Source: a virus (Duplodnaviria; Caudoviricetes). From it: 64,000 nucleotides of DNA. Position numbers and translations under genes: made by a program. This document shows, in pieces, positions 1 through 9,203 of this stretch (positions are counted from its first letter, which is position 1; each line of letters opens with the position of its first letter). Under the pieces are notes generated by a model that was not told the DNA's origin, did no database searches, and was given only the letters and a program-made list of their open reading frames with translations. The stretch is taken from the IMG/VR virus record IMGVR_UViG_3300017747_002922, positions 1-64,000 of that record. One strand, written 5' to 3'.

Positions 1-40
1 AGGTCCGCACCGCGACCGGCGAAGTGCTCTGGAGGCGGGC

Positions 41-1357
41 GTGAGTCGGCCCCTCTCCTCCTTCACCGTCGCCGAGCTTGACGCGCTCCCCATCGGCTAC
101 CGGTTCGTGGACCCGAGCGACGGCGACGTGTTGACCAAGGAGGCGGACGGGTGGCGGCGGTCGCTTGGCTTGAAGGGCGAGATCGCTCACGACTCATGGA
201 CGATCCGCACCGCGTTGGGCACCGACTTCCAGACGATCGACGACGTCACCCCCGAACCGCCGCCGGTTGCGCTTGAGCCCTTCGCCGGCCGCCTGCACGT
301 CGCCATCCCGACAGACGCGCCGGTCCTGTCGTGGTCGCCGCCGGGGGATCCGGGCGTGTTCCCGTCGGAACCGAAGACCATCACCTTGGACGAGTGGCGC
401 GAGTTGTGCCGGAAGACGGACTACACCGAACCCGTCACCCGCCCCGACTACCCCGGCGTCACGTTCGCCGTCACCGACGTGAACCCCCGCGCCCCTGACT
501 GGACCCCGCCCAAGCGACGGGTCTACAGCACGGTCGACGGATGCACGAAGGTCGCCGACATCCCGCCGGATCTCGTTGGGCCGGTGAACCTGTCGGCGTT
601 GGACTGGCGTGACACCGACCCCGTGACCGGCCTCCTCGACTTCCCCGCCGTCGCGCCCCAAGGCGGACACACCGCCCGTGAGGCGAACGTCATCGCGGCG
701 TCGATCGGGTGGCCGACTGTACCCATGGCCGACCTCTCGAACGAGACGAACGGGGTCGTCGTCCGCTTCGACGGCGATCCCTACCACCGCACCAACTGCC
801 CAACCTGCAAGGCGCCGATCTTCATGCTCGCCGGCACCGGGATCCCCACGACGGGAGGACTCGACGCCCGGTCAGGGGTCATCGCGCGGGACACGGACTG
901 GAGCCCGCACACATGCGCGACCTGCCCACCGGTCCCGCCCTACGTGCCATTGCCCCCGATCACGATCGACACGACCGACCCAACCTGCGTGCGCCGTGTC
1001 ACGGGCGCGCCCATGGGCCTCCCCCCACGCACCCTCGCGTCAGGGGAGGCCAACCGGTACACGCGCGAGATGGCCGAGGCCCGCGCCGCTCGCTACCGGA
1101 TGGACGGCTACACGGACGTGACCGTCAGCGTCTACCGACCCGACCCGAAGGCGCCCGCGGAGAAGTGCCCGGCGTGCGGTGAACACGGGTGGCACGACAG
1201 CCGATGCGACCTCGACTCGTACCACTTGCGCACCTACCTCCGCACGAACGCCGACCCCACCAGCACCGCCGACCAGGTAGCCGCCGCGTTGGACCTGCTG
1301 ACGGAGGAGGATCGGGCGTTGGTCACCGCACCCGTTCCATGGAGTCGCCCGTGTTGA
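41..1357 (+). CDS. Hypothetical protein, Pro-rich, with several Cys/His clusters (CPTC, HTCATC, CPACGEHGWHDSRC)
   Basis: 438-aa ORF, GGAGG upstream of the GTG, codon usage like the rest of the window. Confidence 0.75.
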   Translation: MSRPLSSFTVAELDALPIGYRFVDPSDGDVLTKEADGWRRSLGLKGEIAHDSWTIRTALGTDFQTIDDVTPEPPPVALEPFAGRLHVAIPTDAPVLSWSPPGDPGVFPSEPKTITLDEWRELCRKTDYTEPVTRPDYPGVTFAVTDVNPRAPDWTPPKRRVYSTVDGCTKVADIPPDLVGPVNLSALDWRDTDPVTGLLDFPAVAPQGGHTAREANVIAASIGWPTVPMADLSNETNGVVVRFDGDPYHRTNCPTCKAPIFMLAGTGIPTTGGLDARSGVIARDTDWSPHTCATCPPVPPYVPLPPITIDTTDPTCVRRVTGAPMGLPPRTLASGEANRYTREMAEARAARYRMDGYTDVTVSVYRPDPKAPAEKCPACGEHGWHDSRCDLDSYHLRTYLRTNADPTSTADQVAAALDLLTEEDRALVTAPVPWSRPC

Positions 1358-1545
1358 CCCTCCCCGAAGCCCTCGCCGAGATCGAGCGACTGACCGGCGT
1401 GATCTCCCGCAACAACGCCAAGGCACGGGACCTGCGCGACGAGGTGATTCGCCTACGCGCCGAGAACGCCGTGCTCCGCGAACGGAAGGCCCCTCGCGAC
1501 CCCATGGACGAACTCATGGCGGCGTTCGGGAAGGGGCGCCGTTGA
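1351..1545 (+). CDS. Small coiled-coil hypothetical protein (MLTLPEALAEIERL...)
   Basis: 3' part of ORF 1189-1545; start overlaps the upstream stop. Confidence 0.65.
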   Translation: MLTLPEALAEIERLTGVISRNNAKARDLRDEVIRLRAENAVLRERKAPRDPMDELMAAFGKGRR

Positions 1546-1766
1546 TCACCCTCACCACCGACGCGAACGAGCGCTGGTCCCTCCCCGTTCACCGCATCAT
1601 CGACGTCCACGACCGCACGCCCGGGAGCAGCGTCACCGTGGTCAAGGTCGCTGGCCCGAAGGAGCGCGCGTCCGGATACAACTACCAACCTGTGCTCGAA
1701 ACCCCGGATGAAGTGTGGCACCGGATCAAGGTCGCCCTCGACACCCCCACCCCGAAGAAGGACTGA
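1542..1766 (+). CDS. Hypothetical protein
   Basis: 74-aa ORF, TTGA overlap with the upstream stop. Confidence 0.65.
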   Translation: MITLTTDANERWSLPVHRIIDVHDRTPGSSVTVVKVAGPKERASGYNYQPVLETPDEVWHRIKVALDTPTPKKD

Positions 1767-1769
1767 ACC

Positions 1770-2528
1770 ATGCCCCGCGCAAAGAAGACCCCGACCGAGA
1801 TCCCCGCCGTGACCACCCCCGCCGAAGTGGGGAATCCTCACGTCGCGCCCGAACCCGCGCGCAAGGTGTTGGAGGTCCCGCTCATCACCGAGATCGGCGA
1901 CGTCATCACGTCCCGTCGCTACATCCCCGACCCCGTGAACGTCGCGACCACGGAGCCCGACACGGCGTTGACCCCCGAACCGGTCACGCCCGGTGAAGCG
2001 CAGGTGCTCATCCCGGCCGTTGACCTCGACCACTACCGCACCACCATCGCCGAGCAGTCCGCCCGCATCGCCGAACTGGAAGCGCAGGTCGATCCCCCCG
2101 GCTGGCGCGAGTCCCGGGCCTACCGCGACGGCCTCGCCCTCGACGACATCCGATGCGCCATCCTCGACACCGGCCACCCCCTCGGCGACGACACCGACCC
2201 CGAGTTGACCCCGCTCCGGTTGGTCAAGGAGGTGCTGGCGAAGGTGGCCGCGCTCGAATCCGAACTTGCCGCGTACCGCAAGGCCCCCACCGAACCGCCT
2301 CCGCCTGCACGCCCCGTCGCAACGTGGATGGGCGACGTGCTCCTGACCCCCGGCGGCAAGGTGCTCGGGCGCGTCAACGTGTCCCGCGGCCCACTCGGTC
2401 ACCTTCAGGCGGCGCCGATCTACTACCCGGGCGAGGACCAGGAGCGCATGGGGCCGATGGGCACGCTCGAATCCGCGCGCGAGTGGGTGTCCGAGTTCGC
2501 GCGGAAGATCGGGTGGACGGTCGCGTGA
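1770..2528 (+). CDS. Hypothetical protein with coiled-coil segments
   Basis: 252-aa ORF, AGGA upstream of the ATG. Confidence 0.75.
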   Translation: MPRAKKTPTEIPAVTTPAEVGNPHVAPEPARKVLEVPLITEIGDVITSRRYIPDPVNVATTEPDTALTPEPVTPGEAQVLIPAVDLDHYRTTIAEQSARIAELEAQVDPPGWRESRAYRDGLALDDIRCAILDTGHPLGDDTDPELTPLRLVKEVLAKVAALESELAAYRKAPTEPPPPARPVATWMGDVLLTPGGKVLGRVNVSRGPLGHLQAAPIYYPGEDQERMGPMGTLESAREWVSEFARKIGWTVA

Positions 2529-2752
2529 CCCGCCCAACCTGGCGCCCCGCCCGGCCCTACCCCTTCGACCTCGACACCGAGGCTGACCGGGTATGCGCCG
2601 AGGCGTGGGCGTCGGACCCGCGCCCCGATCGGATCGTCGTCACCGTCGGGGACCTGTCGCGCGTCGTCGGGGTGCCACGGGTGGAGGCGCCGGAGATGTT
2701 CCGGGCCTCCGTTCGGGACGCGCTGCGGGAGATGGCCGAGCGGGGGGTTTAG
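2525..2752 (+). CDS. Small hypothetical protein (MTRPTWRPARPYPF...)
   Basis: GTGA overlap with the upstream stop; 3' part of ORF 2153-2752. Confidence 0.6.
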   Translation: MTRPTWRPARPYPFDLDTEADRVCAEAWASDPRPDRIVVTVGDLSRVVGVPRVEAPEMFRASVRDALREMAERGV

Positions 2753-3036
2753 GTCCGGTTCCGCCACATGTCGGCGGCGTTGTCTTTCGCGTTCCCGGCG
2801 TAGATGTGCGCCGGGTTCACGCACGCCCTCACGTCGCACCGGTGGCACGCCATCAACGCCCGATCGTGGAGGCCGATCGCGAGTCGGTGTGCGAGGAAGA
2901 GGCGCCCTGCGATGCTGAACACGCCATACCCCCGGCTGTTCTTCGCACCCGTCCACAACCAGCACTGGGTGTCAAGGCGCTTGTGAGTAGGCCCGTTGGG
3001 GTTCACGAATCGGGCGAACCGTTCGGGGTCGGTCAC
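2749..3036 (-). CDS. HNH endonuclease (HNH_3-like)
   Basis: CWLWTGAKNSRGYG...AHR...ACHRCDVRACVNPAHI...DN motif series; GTG start overlaps the upstream stop. Confidence 0.85.
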   Translation of the reverse strand: MTDPERFARFVNPNGPTHKRLDTQCWLWTGAKNSRGYGVFSIAGRLFLAHRLAIGLHDRALMACHRCDVRACVNPAHIYAGNAKDNAADMWRNRT

Positions 3037-3128
3037 GACCGCAACAGGACCGCGAGCGCGAGGATGAGGGTCGCGATCAGGGTCAGCGTCGCCCCGATGC
3101 AGGCCAGTGTGAGGAGCCACGAGATCAT
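3033..3128 (-). CDS. 31-aa hydrophobic membrane peptide (MISWLLTLACIGATLTLIATLILALAVLLRS)
   Basis: Translated by hand; ATGA and GTGA overlaps at both ends; below the ORF-track cutoff. Confidence 0.55.
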   Translation of the reverse strand: MISWLLTLACIGATLTLIATLILALAVLLRS

Positions 3129-3229
3129 ACCCGCCCCGCAATCACGCACGCCAACGCCGTGATTCCGGTCATGATGCAGAGGTAAAGCACGCCCGCGTAG
3201 TAGGCGACCGCGAGGAGGGCATCAAGCAT
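3125..3229 (-). CDS. 34-aa hydrophobic membrane peptide (MLDALLAVAYYAGVLYLCIMTGITALACVIAGRV)
   Basis: Translated by hand; GGAG upstream; overlaps both neighbours. Confidence 0.55.
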   Translation of the reverse strand: MLDALLAVAYYAGVLYLCIMTGITALACVIAGRV

Positions 3230-3602
3230 CCCCATACTCCTTCTCGTCCACGTCCACCCCGAACAGCGCACACCGTTCCGCGAACGTCATCGCGGCCAAC
3301 AGGTCCGCCGCGTGCTCGCAGTACGTGTGCTCCTCCCGAACCGCCCACGCCTTGCACCACGCGATCGAGTCGTCCCCGAGGTTGTGATCCTCAACGACGA
3401 CGTGAAGGCAACACCCGCCGGCACGTTGGGACAACTCGGTGGTCAACGCCCGCGGGTCGTTCAGGCAGTCAGGACAAAGCAGGATCTCGCCCGACTCTTT
3501 GCGGTGGGTTCGTTCCTTGGCCGGTCCCCACTTCGCAACGAGGTCGAATCCGCAGTCGGGCCACGTTGGGCACCCGCAAAGGGCACATACACACTCGCTC
3601 AT
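3222..3602 (-). CDS. Cys-rich hypothetical protein (CxCxxCxC, CPDC, GGCCLH)
   Basis: 3' part of ORF 3222-3737 starting MSECVC; ATGA overlap. Confidence 0.65.
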   Translation of the reverse strand: MSECVCALCGCPTWPDCGFDLVAKWGPAKERTHRKESGEILLCPDCLNDPRALTTELSQRAGGCCLHVVVEDHNLGDDSIAWCKAWAVREEHTYCEHAADLLAAMTFAERCALFGVDVDEKEYGDA

Positions 3603-3787
3603 CCCCGCCTCCCCGCAACCGCCAGCGCCATCGCATCCGGCCACGACTTCAACAACGCCGCCAACGCCAACTCTGGCGAATCCCCGAACCCCGACGGACC
3701 CGGATACGCCGTCGCGACCCACTGACCGGGCGCGCACTCGTGAAAGACGACGACCGCGCCGGGGCCTTCGACGGTGACGGGGTTCAC
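3599..3787 (-). CDS. Small hypothetical protein
   Basis: 3' part of ORF 3599-4186 (MNPVTVEGPG...); GTGA overlap. Confidence 0.55.
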   Translation of the reverse strand: MNPVTVEGPGAVVVFHECAPGQWVATAYPGPSGFGDSPELALAALLKSWPDAMALAVAGRRG

Positions 3788-4059
3788 GTCGTCACCCGCT
3801 TGTCCTCGGGTTGCTCGATCCGGTACGCCTCGTGTCCGCCGTCGCGCGTCACGGTGAGCCCGACGGCATCGCGCTCCCACTCGTCGGGCTCGTCGATGTC
3901 GAGGGGTTTGGCGCTTCCGCCGTCCGCGTGGATGCTTCGGGCGTGCGTCCACATCGCTTCGATCGCTCCGGCCTCGGTGGGGCGGATCGCGATGACGCGC
4001 GCGGTGTAGTGCGTGGAGTCCCACCAGCCGTTCACGTCGACGACAACGAACGGACTCAT
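3784..4059 (-). CDS. Hypothetical protein
   Basis: MSPFVVVDVNGWW...; ATGA overlap. Confidence 0.6.
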   Translation of the reverse strand: MSPFVVVDVNGWWDSTHYTARVIAIRPTEAGAIEAMWTHARSIHADGGSAKPLDIDEPDEWERDAVGLTVTRDGGHEAYRIEQPEDKRVTT

Positions 4060-4244
4060 CCGATCGCCCGTTGCAGGCGGACGACGTGGGCGTATGCACG
4101 GCCGGTGCGGATCCCGATCGTGCGCTGCCACCGCGCGAAGATCCGACCCTTGCGCCGTTTGCGTCGCTCGAAGAGGACCGGGACAACGGCGGGTGGGACG
4201 ATGCGCAGCCGGCGGTACGTGCCGAGGAAGGGGTGGCGCCTCAT
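4056..4244 (-). CDS. Small basic hypothetical protein
   Basis: 62-aa ORF coupled to both neighbours by 4-nt overlaps. Confidence 0.55.
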   Translation of the reverse strand: MRRHPFLGTYRRLRIVPPAVVPVLFERRKRRKGRIFARWQRTIGIRTGRAYAHVVRLQRAIG

Positions 4245-4711
4245 CCGGTCACCCGCTTGTCCGCCAGCCCCGATTCAAGCGCCGCGACCAACGCATCGGC
4301 CTCGGACGCTCCACTGGCGACGCGCAGCCGCTTGGGTTCGGCCCGCTCGCTCACCACGACCCACACCCGCTCCGTACACGCGAGGTCCCGGAAGAGGGGC
4401 AGGACGTGGAGGTCCGAATCATTGTACCGCTCCCGCACCGTCGCGAGCCACGTCCCGAGGGTGGCGGGGTCGCGGGGGTCGGGCACCTGATCATCCCACA
4501 CAACCCGCGCCCATCCCGGCCGTCCGTAGGCGGTCACCACGGACGGGCCACCGCTGTCGCGCGTGACCAGCCACTCCACCGGCACGCCCTCGTTGTCGAG
4601 GGCGATGACGCGCAGGGTGTTGCCGCCGACCGAGGGTGAGGCGGCGGCTACCTTCCACCCGCCACCCGCCTTGATCCACCGCTCGCCGAGTGCCCGGCCT
4701 TCATCGGTCAT
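4241..4711 (-). CDS. Hypothetical protein (Trp-rich)
   Basis: MTDEGRALGERWIK...; ATGA overlap. Confidence 0.65.
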   Translation of the reverse strand: MTDEGRALGERWIKAGGGWKVAAASPSVGGNTLRVIALDNEGVPVEWLVTRDSGGPSVVTAYGRPGWARVVWDDQVPDPRDPATLGTWLATVRERYNDSDLHVLPLFRDLACTERVWVVVSERAEPKRLRVASGASEADALVAALESGLADKRVTG

Positions 4712-4947
4712 CCGTTCCATGCCAACCTCCAGAGTGACGTCGGCGCCTCGGCATAGTCGGGGCACCCGTCCGCACCCGGCATGGGTGCGCCGTCGCCGTC
4801 CACGTTCGCCTCGACCCAGACGAACAGGTCGTCGGAGGGCGTGTCGGATGCGAACAGCCGGTCGACTACGACGCAACACCGCGCCCTAAACGCGTCGTGG
4901 TAGTCGTGTGCGCAGGTATCGCAGTTGCGGGGCTTTGCTTCGCTCAT
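4708..4947 (-). CDS. Small Cys-rich protein (NCDTCAHDY...GADGCP)
   Basis: Coupled ORF; motif shared with the gene at 46716-47393. Confidence 0.65.
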   Translation of the reverse strand: MSEAKPRNCDTCAHDYHDAFRARCCVVVDRLFASDTPSDDLFVWVEANVDGDGAPMPGADGCPDYAEAPTSLWRLAWNG

Positions 4948-5216
4948 TGGGGACTCCGCGGCGGTTGTTTCGCTTCCCACGCCGCGCACTTCGAGCACTT
5001 CGATCGGTCGGTGAAGTCGCGAGCGAACCAGCGTTCGCCGTCGATCCGGGTGGCACGGGCGCCACACACGGCGCGGGGTGAACCGAAGTGGACGATGTGG
5101 CACGGGTTGGCGGGTTTGCTCGGCCACACCGCGGAGGTCCAACGCCACACGGCGGCGTTGTCGGCAGTGGGCGTGAAGGCCGCGTCTCGCGTGTCGATGC
5201 CGGCGACGGCCTTCAC
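4944..5216 (-). CDS. Small putative zinc-binding protein (CHIVH, VCGA, KCSKC)
   Basis: 3' part of ORF 4944-5591; GTGA overlap. Confidence 0.6.
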   Translation of the reverse strand: MKAVAGIDTRDAAFTPTADNAAVWRWTSAVWPSKPANPCHIVHFGSPRAVCGARATRIDGERWFARDFTDRSKCSKCAAWEAKQPPRSPQ

Positions 5217-5380
5217 GCCCGCACCCGCTTCCCGCGCTTCTTCGCCGCCCGCTCCAACCCCTCGGCGATGAACCGGCGCACGACGCGGGACACGTTCGGG
5301 CATTGGGGGTCCTCCTCGTGCGCGATCTCTTGCAGCGGGGGGATGGTGTCGGGGTCGATGCTGAAGGTGCGGGTGATCAT
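5213..5380 (-). CDS. Ribbon-helix-helix (CopG/Arc-like) DNA-binding protein, 55 aa
   Basis: Translated by hand: MITRTFSIDPDTIPPLQEIAHEED...NVSRVVRRFIAEGLER; strand-helix-helix pattern; not in the ORF track. Confidence 0.65.
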   Translation of the reverse strand: MITRTFSIDPDTIPPLQEIAHEEDPQCPNVSRVVRRFIAEGLERAAKKRGKRVRA

Positions 5381-5619
5381 CCCCAACCCTTGAGCGCGTT
5401 GTTGATGAGGTTGGCGATCTCGGCGGGGGACTCGACGAAGCGGGCGTGGCAGACGATGCTTCCGGGTTCGACGCTACTCCCGACGGCGGCCACGACCGTC
5501 CCACGCTCGTCCGTGAGTACGTCGCCGATGCTGTTGATCGCGAACGCCTGCTCGGCGGTAGTGCCGTCGTCACACTTCTCGTGAAGCACAATGCGGAGGT
5601 AGGTCTGAACGGGGTGCAT
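5377..5619 (-). CDS. Hypothetical protein, first gene of the leftward operon
   Basis: MHPVQTYLR...; GGAG upstream. Confidence 0.65.
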   Translation of the reverse strand: MHPVQTYLRIVLHEKCDDGTTAEQAFAINSIGDVLTDERGTVVAAVGSSVEPGSIVCHARFVESPAEIANLINNALKGWG

Positions 5620-5636
5620 GGTCAATCTCCACCCCG

Positions 5637-5666
5637 TCCCTACCACGCCCTGTTAGCCCCCGTCAA
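5637..5666 (-). promoter_or_regulatory. Sigma70-like promoter TTGACG-N18-TAGGGA
   Basis: Same -35 as five other promoters in the window; points into the leftward operon. Confidence 0.5.
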
Positions 5667-5711
5667 GCGCGGACACGGGGGATCGGGTACTATGGGTGCG
5701 AGGAACCCGCC

Positions 5712-6176
5712 ATGACCCGCGCCACCGTCCGCCACCTTCCCCCGCTCGCCGAACGGCAACGGCGCCACAAGCGGGCCCTGCTCCTACAGCGGCGCATCGA
5801 ACGCATGAACGCCGCGCTCCGTGCGGACGCCGTCGCGAAGGGCGTCAACCCGGCATGGGTGAACCAGTATGCGAGCACGACCGGGATGATGCACGACTTC
5901 CGCGCGTTCACGGTCGCGATGCGCGGCGGCAACCGACTGGCCCGCAAGCGTGCGAAACGGGAGGGCCGGTCACCGTTCCCGCCGTACAAGCCGCCCGTGA
6001 TGCTGATGTCCGAGGCGTCGGTGTCGAACCTTCACCGGGCCATCCGTGAGCAGGGCGGGATCCGTGAGACGACCCCCGTTCACCAAGGGTTCGGTGGGTT
6101 CAACGATTGGCCGGTCGCGGGGGACACCGTCGCCCTGTCGTGGTCCGGTACGTGGACGTGGGGCGACGCGTCATGA
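5712..6176 (+). CDS. Basic hypothetical protein
   Basis: 154-aa ORF, AGGA upstream. Confidence 0.65.
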   Translation: MTRATVRHLPPLAERQRRHKRALLLQRRIERMNAALRADAVAKGVNPAWVNQYASTTGMMHDFRAFTVAMRGGNRLARKRAKREGRSPFPPYKPPVMLMSEASVSNLHRAIREQGGIRETTPVHQGFGGFNDWPVAGDTVALSWSGTWTWGDAS

Positions 6177-6532
6177 GCCACCGGTCCAAGAACGCCCGCA
6201 CCCGACGCCGACGCGAACGGTTCGCCGCCCTTGCCGCCGAACAGGGACTCACCCTCGAACAGTGGCAGGCGAATCGTGCGCAGGAGTGTGCCCGCGAGTA
6301 CGCCCAACGCCGCGAGCAAGAGGCACGCGCCCGAGCTCAACGCGCCGCGGACCTCGCCGTGGCCCGTGACCGTGTGCGTCGGGGGACCGCGACGCTCGCC
6401 GAGTTCATGGACGTCCACATGGCGAACACGATGGACTTCGTGTCGGCGGCGTGGGAGCGGCGGCTGATTCACGGCAGTCGCGCGGACGAGGTTGTGTTCG
6501 ACGCGTTCGGCCAGCCCGTCACGTTGGGATAG
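6173..6532 (+). CDS. Helical hypothetical protein in the terminase small-subunit position
   Basis: ATGA overlap; directly upstream of the large terminase; no TerS motif recognised. Confidence 0.55.
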   Translation: MSHRSKNARTRRRRERFAALAAEQGLTLEQWQANRAQECAREYAQRREQEARARAQRAADLAVARDRVRRGTATLAEFMDVHMANTMDFVSAAWERRLIHGSRADEVVFDAFGQPVTLG

Positions 6533-6540
6533 GGGTTCGC

Positions 6541-8889
6541 GTGGCTTTCTCGCTATCAGATGTTGACTCGTGGACGCCGGCTGACGTGGAGCAGGTCGCG
6601 TCTGCGCTAACAATGATGAGTTGGTACGAAAACTTCCGTGACTTCGCACGCGCGTTCTGGGATTTGGCAGATCCAACGCCGCTTGTCTGGTCCTGGCATA
6701 TGACTACGATCTGCCAAGAATCCCAAGCCATCTCCGAAGAAGCCGACCGCCGCCGCGCCATCTACGACGCGATCGTCCGCGAGTGCGGCGACGACCACGC
6801 CTTGCGCGACCAGCGGATCACCGATGAGGTCGACTCGACGCCGCTCCGGTTGGTCCTGCTCATCCCTCCCCGCGGGTCGAAGTCCACGCTGTTGTCCAAG
6901 CTGTTCGTGCTCTGGCGGTGGGCACGCCGGCCGGACACGTTCCTTGCGTTCTCGGCGATGGAGTCCAAGATCCCCGAGTTCGGCCTTGCGATCCGCGACG
7001 TGCTTCGGAGCGACCGGTATCAGGCGTTCATGGCGTTCCTCGGTCAAGCCAAGGTCGGCGCGAAGATGGTCCAAGGCCGCAAGGACAGCGACGCGACGAT
7101 CGCCCTGACCCTGTCGAACGGCGCGCGGTGGTCGGGTCACCCGATCGGCGGCCGGTTCACGGGTAAGAACGTGGACATCTCCATCATCGACGACCCGCAT
7201 GACGTGGACGAGGCCATGGGCGCGCTTCGGTCGACCGAGTCCAAGGCGGCGGCGGTCGCGAAGGTCGAGGGCATCTACAAGAGCAAGATCAACGACCGCT
7301 ACAACCTGCGCATGGTCGGCATCACGATCCTGATCATGCAGCGGGTCCACCTTCACGACCTTGCCGCGTTCATGACCGAGCAGGGCGCCCGTGTCGTGAC
7401 GATCCCCGCGGAGTACGACCCGACCGTGCCGCTGATCTCCGACCCGTTCGGAATCACGCAGACGGCATCGAAGGACCCGCGCACGATCCCGGGCCAGTCC
7501 TACAACGCGTCCCGCTTCCCGCCCGCGGAGTTGAAGCGCCTTCGGGAGATCGACCCGTTTGGGTACGCCACCAAGTTTTTGATGCGGCCTACGCTGCAAG
7601 AAGGCTCGAAGATCCAGCGTTCGTGGTTCAAGAACGAGTACAACGAGGACCCCCACGCCATCGCCGCCGAGTGCTCCGAGGTTGCGATCTCCGTCGACTC
7701 CGCGTCCACGACGAACAAGCGGTCGGACTACACCTCGATGGGTGTGTGGGGGCGCAAGGGCTCGGTTCGGATCCTGCTTGATCGCCGGTTCGGGAAGTGG
7801 GGCCTGTACGGGCTCATCGAGGAGTTCAAGTCGCTCGTGTCCGCCTGGCCCGAAGCGCAGTTCAAGTTCGTGGAGAACAAGTCGTCGGGTATTCAGTTGC
7901 TCGAAACGGCGGAACGGCTGGGCATCCCCGGCGTCGTCCCCGTGAACCCGACGCAGTCCAAGCGCGACCGGTTGGGGTACGCCATCGCCGCGCTCGAAGC
8001 GGGCAACGTCTGGATCCCGGCGTCGGCCCCGTGGAAACAGCAGTACGTGGACAACATGGTCGGCATCGACGCGGGCGGTGCGCACGACGATGATGGGGAC
8101 ATGACGTCGCAAGTGATGGAGCGATGGAACGCGGGGTTTTCCTCGTGGCTCACGTCCGACATTCGCGCCCTCATCAGCGATGCCCGGCCCGCCCATGCGA
8201 TCACCCCTTACGTGCGGCGATGGGAGCGCAAGGACGACGTCATCCGGCGGATCAACCGGTCGGAGCGGCGCCAGACTACGGACGCGGCGGTCGAGTTCTA
8301 CGCGGGCATCGTCCCCGGGTGGTGTACGGGTCGCGCCGGGTCCGCGTCGATCGGCGTCATCCTCGACATGCGGGGGACGCAGGTAGCGATGGTCGAGGTC
8401 AACGACGGGGGGATCGCCGAGTTCGTGTCCGTGTTCGCGGAAGAGGCCCTGTATTGGGGCGTGGAGCGCGTGCGGTACGCCGAGCTTCCGGGGATGCCGG
8501 CGTCGCAAATGGCTCGCGGGTTGTCGCAGCAGGGCGTCGGAATGTCCGCACACCGCGCCTTGCCCGGCCAGCGTCAGCGGTACGTCGGTGAGGCCAGGAG
8601 CGGGTACACGGGCGTGCGCGAGCAAGCGGCGGCGTTGTGGGCGTCGTTCATCGGGCAGGCCAACCGCGGACTCACGCAGGTCCGCGACATGGAGACGTTG
8701 ACCCGGCTGGAGACGATCATCGAGGACGACGGGATCCCGAAGATGCCCGACGGCGGGCCGGTGACGGGGCGAACGCTCGCCTACCTGCTCGCGGTGTCGT
8801 CGGTCGCGGATGCCCGGCCGGTCGCGCCTCCCCAAGCGGCGGACAACGCGCGCCTCGAAGGTGTCGCCGCCTCCCTGAACGCGCGATAG
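6541..8889 (+). CDS. terL: Terminase large subunit with a ~250-aa C-terminal extension
   Basis: Walker A-like PPRGSKST, Walker B IIDDP, IMQRVH, nuclease motifs ISVDSA..RSDYT, VENKSSG, AHDDDGD. Confidence 0.9.
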   Translation: MAFSLSDVDSWTPADVEQVASALTMMSWYENFRDFARAFWDLADPTPLVWSWHMTTICQESQAISEEADRRRAIYDAIVRECGDDHALRDQRITDEVDSTPLRLVLLIPPRGSKSTLLSKLFVLWRWARRPDTFLAFSAMESKIPEFGLAIRDVLRSDRYQAFMAFLGQAKVGAKMVQGRKDSDATIALTLSNGARWSGHPIGGRFTGKNVDISIIDDPHDVDEAMGALRSTESKAAAVAKVEGIYKSKINDRYNLRMVGITILIMQRVHLHDLAAFMTEQGARVVTIPAEYDPTVPLISDPFGITQTASKDPRTIPGQSYNASRFPPAELKRLREIDPFGYATKFLMRPTLQEGSKIQRSWFKNEYNEDPHAIAAECSEVAISVDSASTTNKRSDYTSMGVWGRKGSVRILLDRRFGKWGLYGLIEEFKSLVSAWPEAQFKFVENKSSGIQLLETAERLGIPGVVPVNPTQSKRDRLGYAIAALEAGNVWIPASAPWKQQYVDNMVGIDAGGAHDDDGDMTSQVMERWNAGFSSWLTSDIRALISDARPAHAITPYVRRWERKDDVIRRINRSERRQTTDAAVEFYAGIVPGWCTGRAGSASIGVILDMRGTQVAMVEVNDGGIAEFVSVFAEEALYWGVERVRYAELPGMPASQMARGLSQQGVGMSAHRALPGQRQRYVGEARSGYTGVREQAAALWASFIGQANRGLTQVRDMETLTRLETIIEDDGIPKMPDGGPVTGRTLAYLLAVSSVADARPVAPPQAADNARLEGVAASLNAR

Positions 8890-8907
8890 GCGAGCGGGGA
8901 GGAAACC

Positions 8908-9201
8908 ATGAGCGCACACCCCGAGTTCGACGCCTACGTCACCGCCACCAACGCCGTTGACGACCTGTTGCCCCGCGTGGCCCACCTGTACGTGCTCTGC
9001 GACTCTCGCCGCTGCGAGTCGCAGGAAGCATTGGACGAAGCGCGCAACCTCCTGCTCGCCAACGCCGACGCACTGGATGTCGCGATCGAGGCGTTGGGCA
9101 AGGCGGCGAACGCGTGGACGGCCAGGGTTCGCCGCAAGGTGATGACCGACCGCATGGCCGGACTCCCGGTCGTGACCGGAGAACCGCCCGTCGCCTCTTG
9201 A
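8908..9201 (+). CDS. Small helical hypothetical protein
   Basis: 97-aa ORF, GAGG upstream. Confidence 0.65.
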   Translation: MSAHPEFDAYVTATNAVDDLLPRVAHLYVLCDSRRCESQEALDEARNLLLANADALDVAIEALGKAANAWTARVRRKVMTDRMAGLPVVTGEPPVAS

Positions 9202-9203
9202 CG

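Noticed and set aside
5712-6532. Assigning either upstream gene as terminase small subunit
   Set aside because: Position only; no recognisable TerS or HTH motif.
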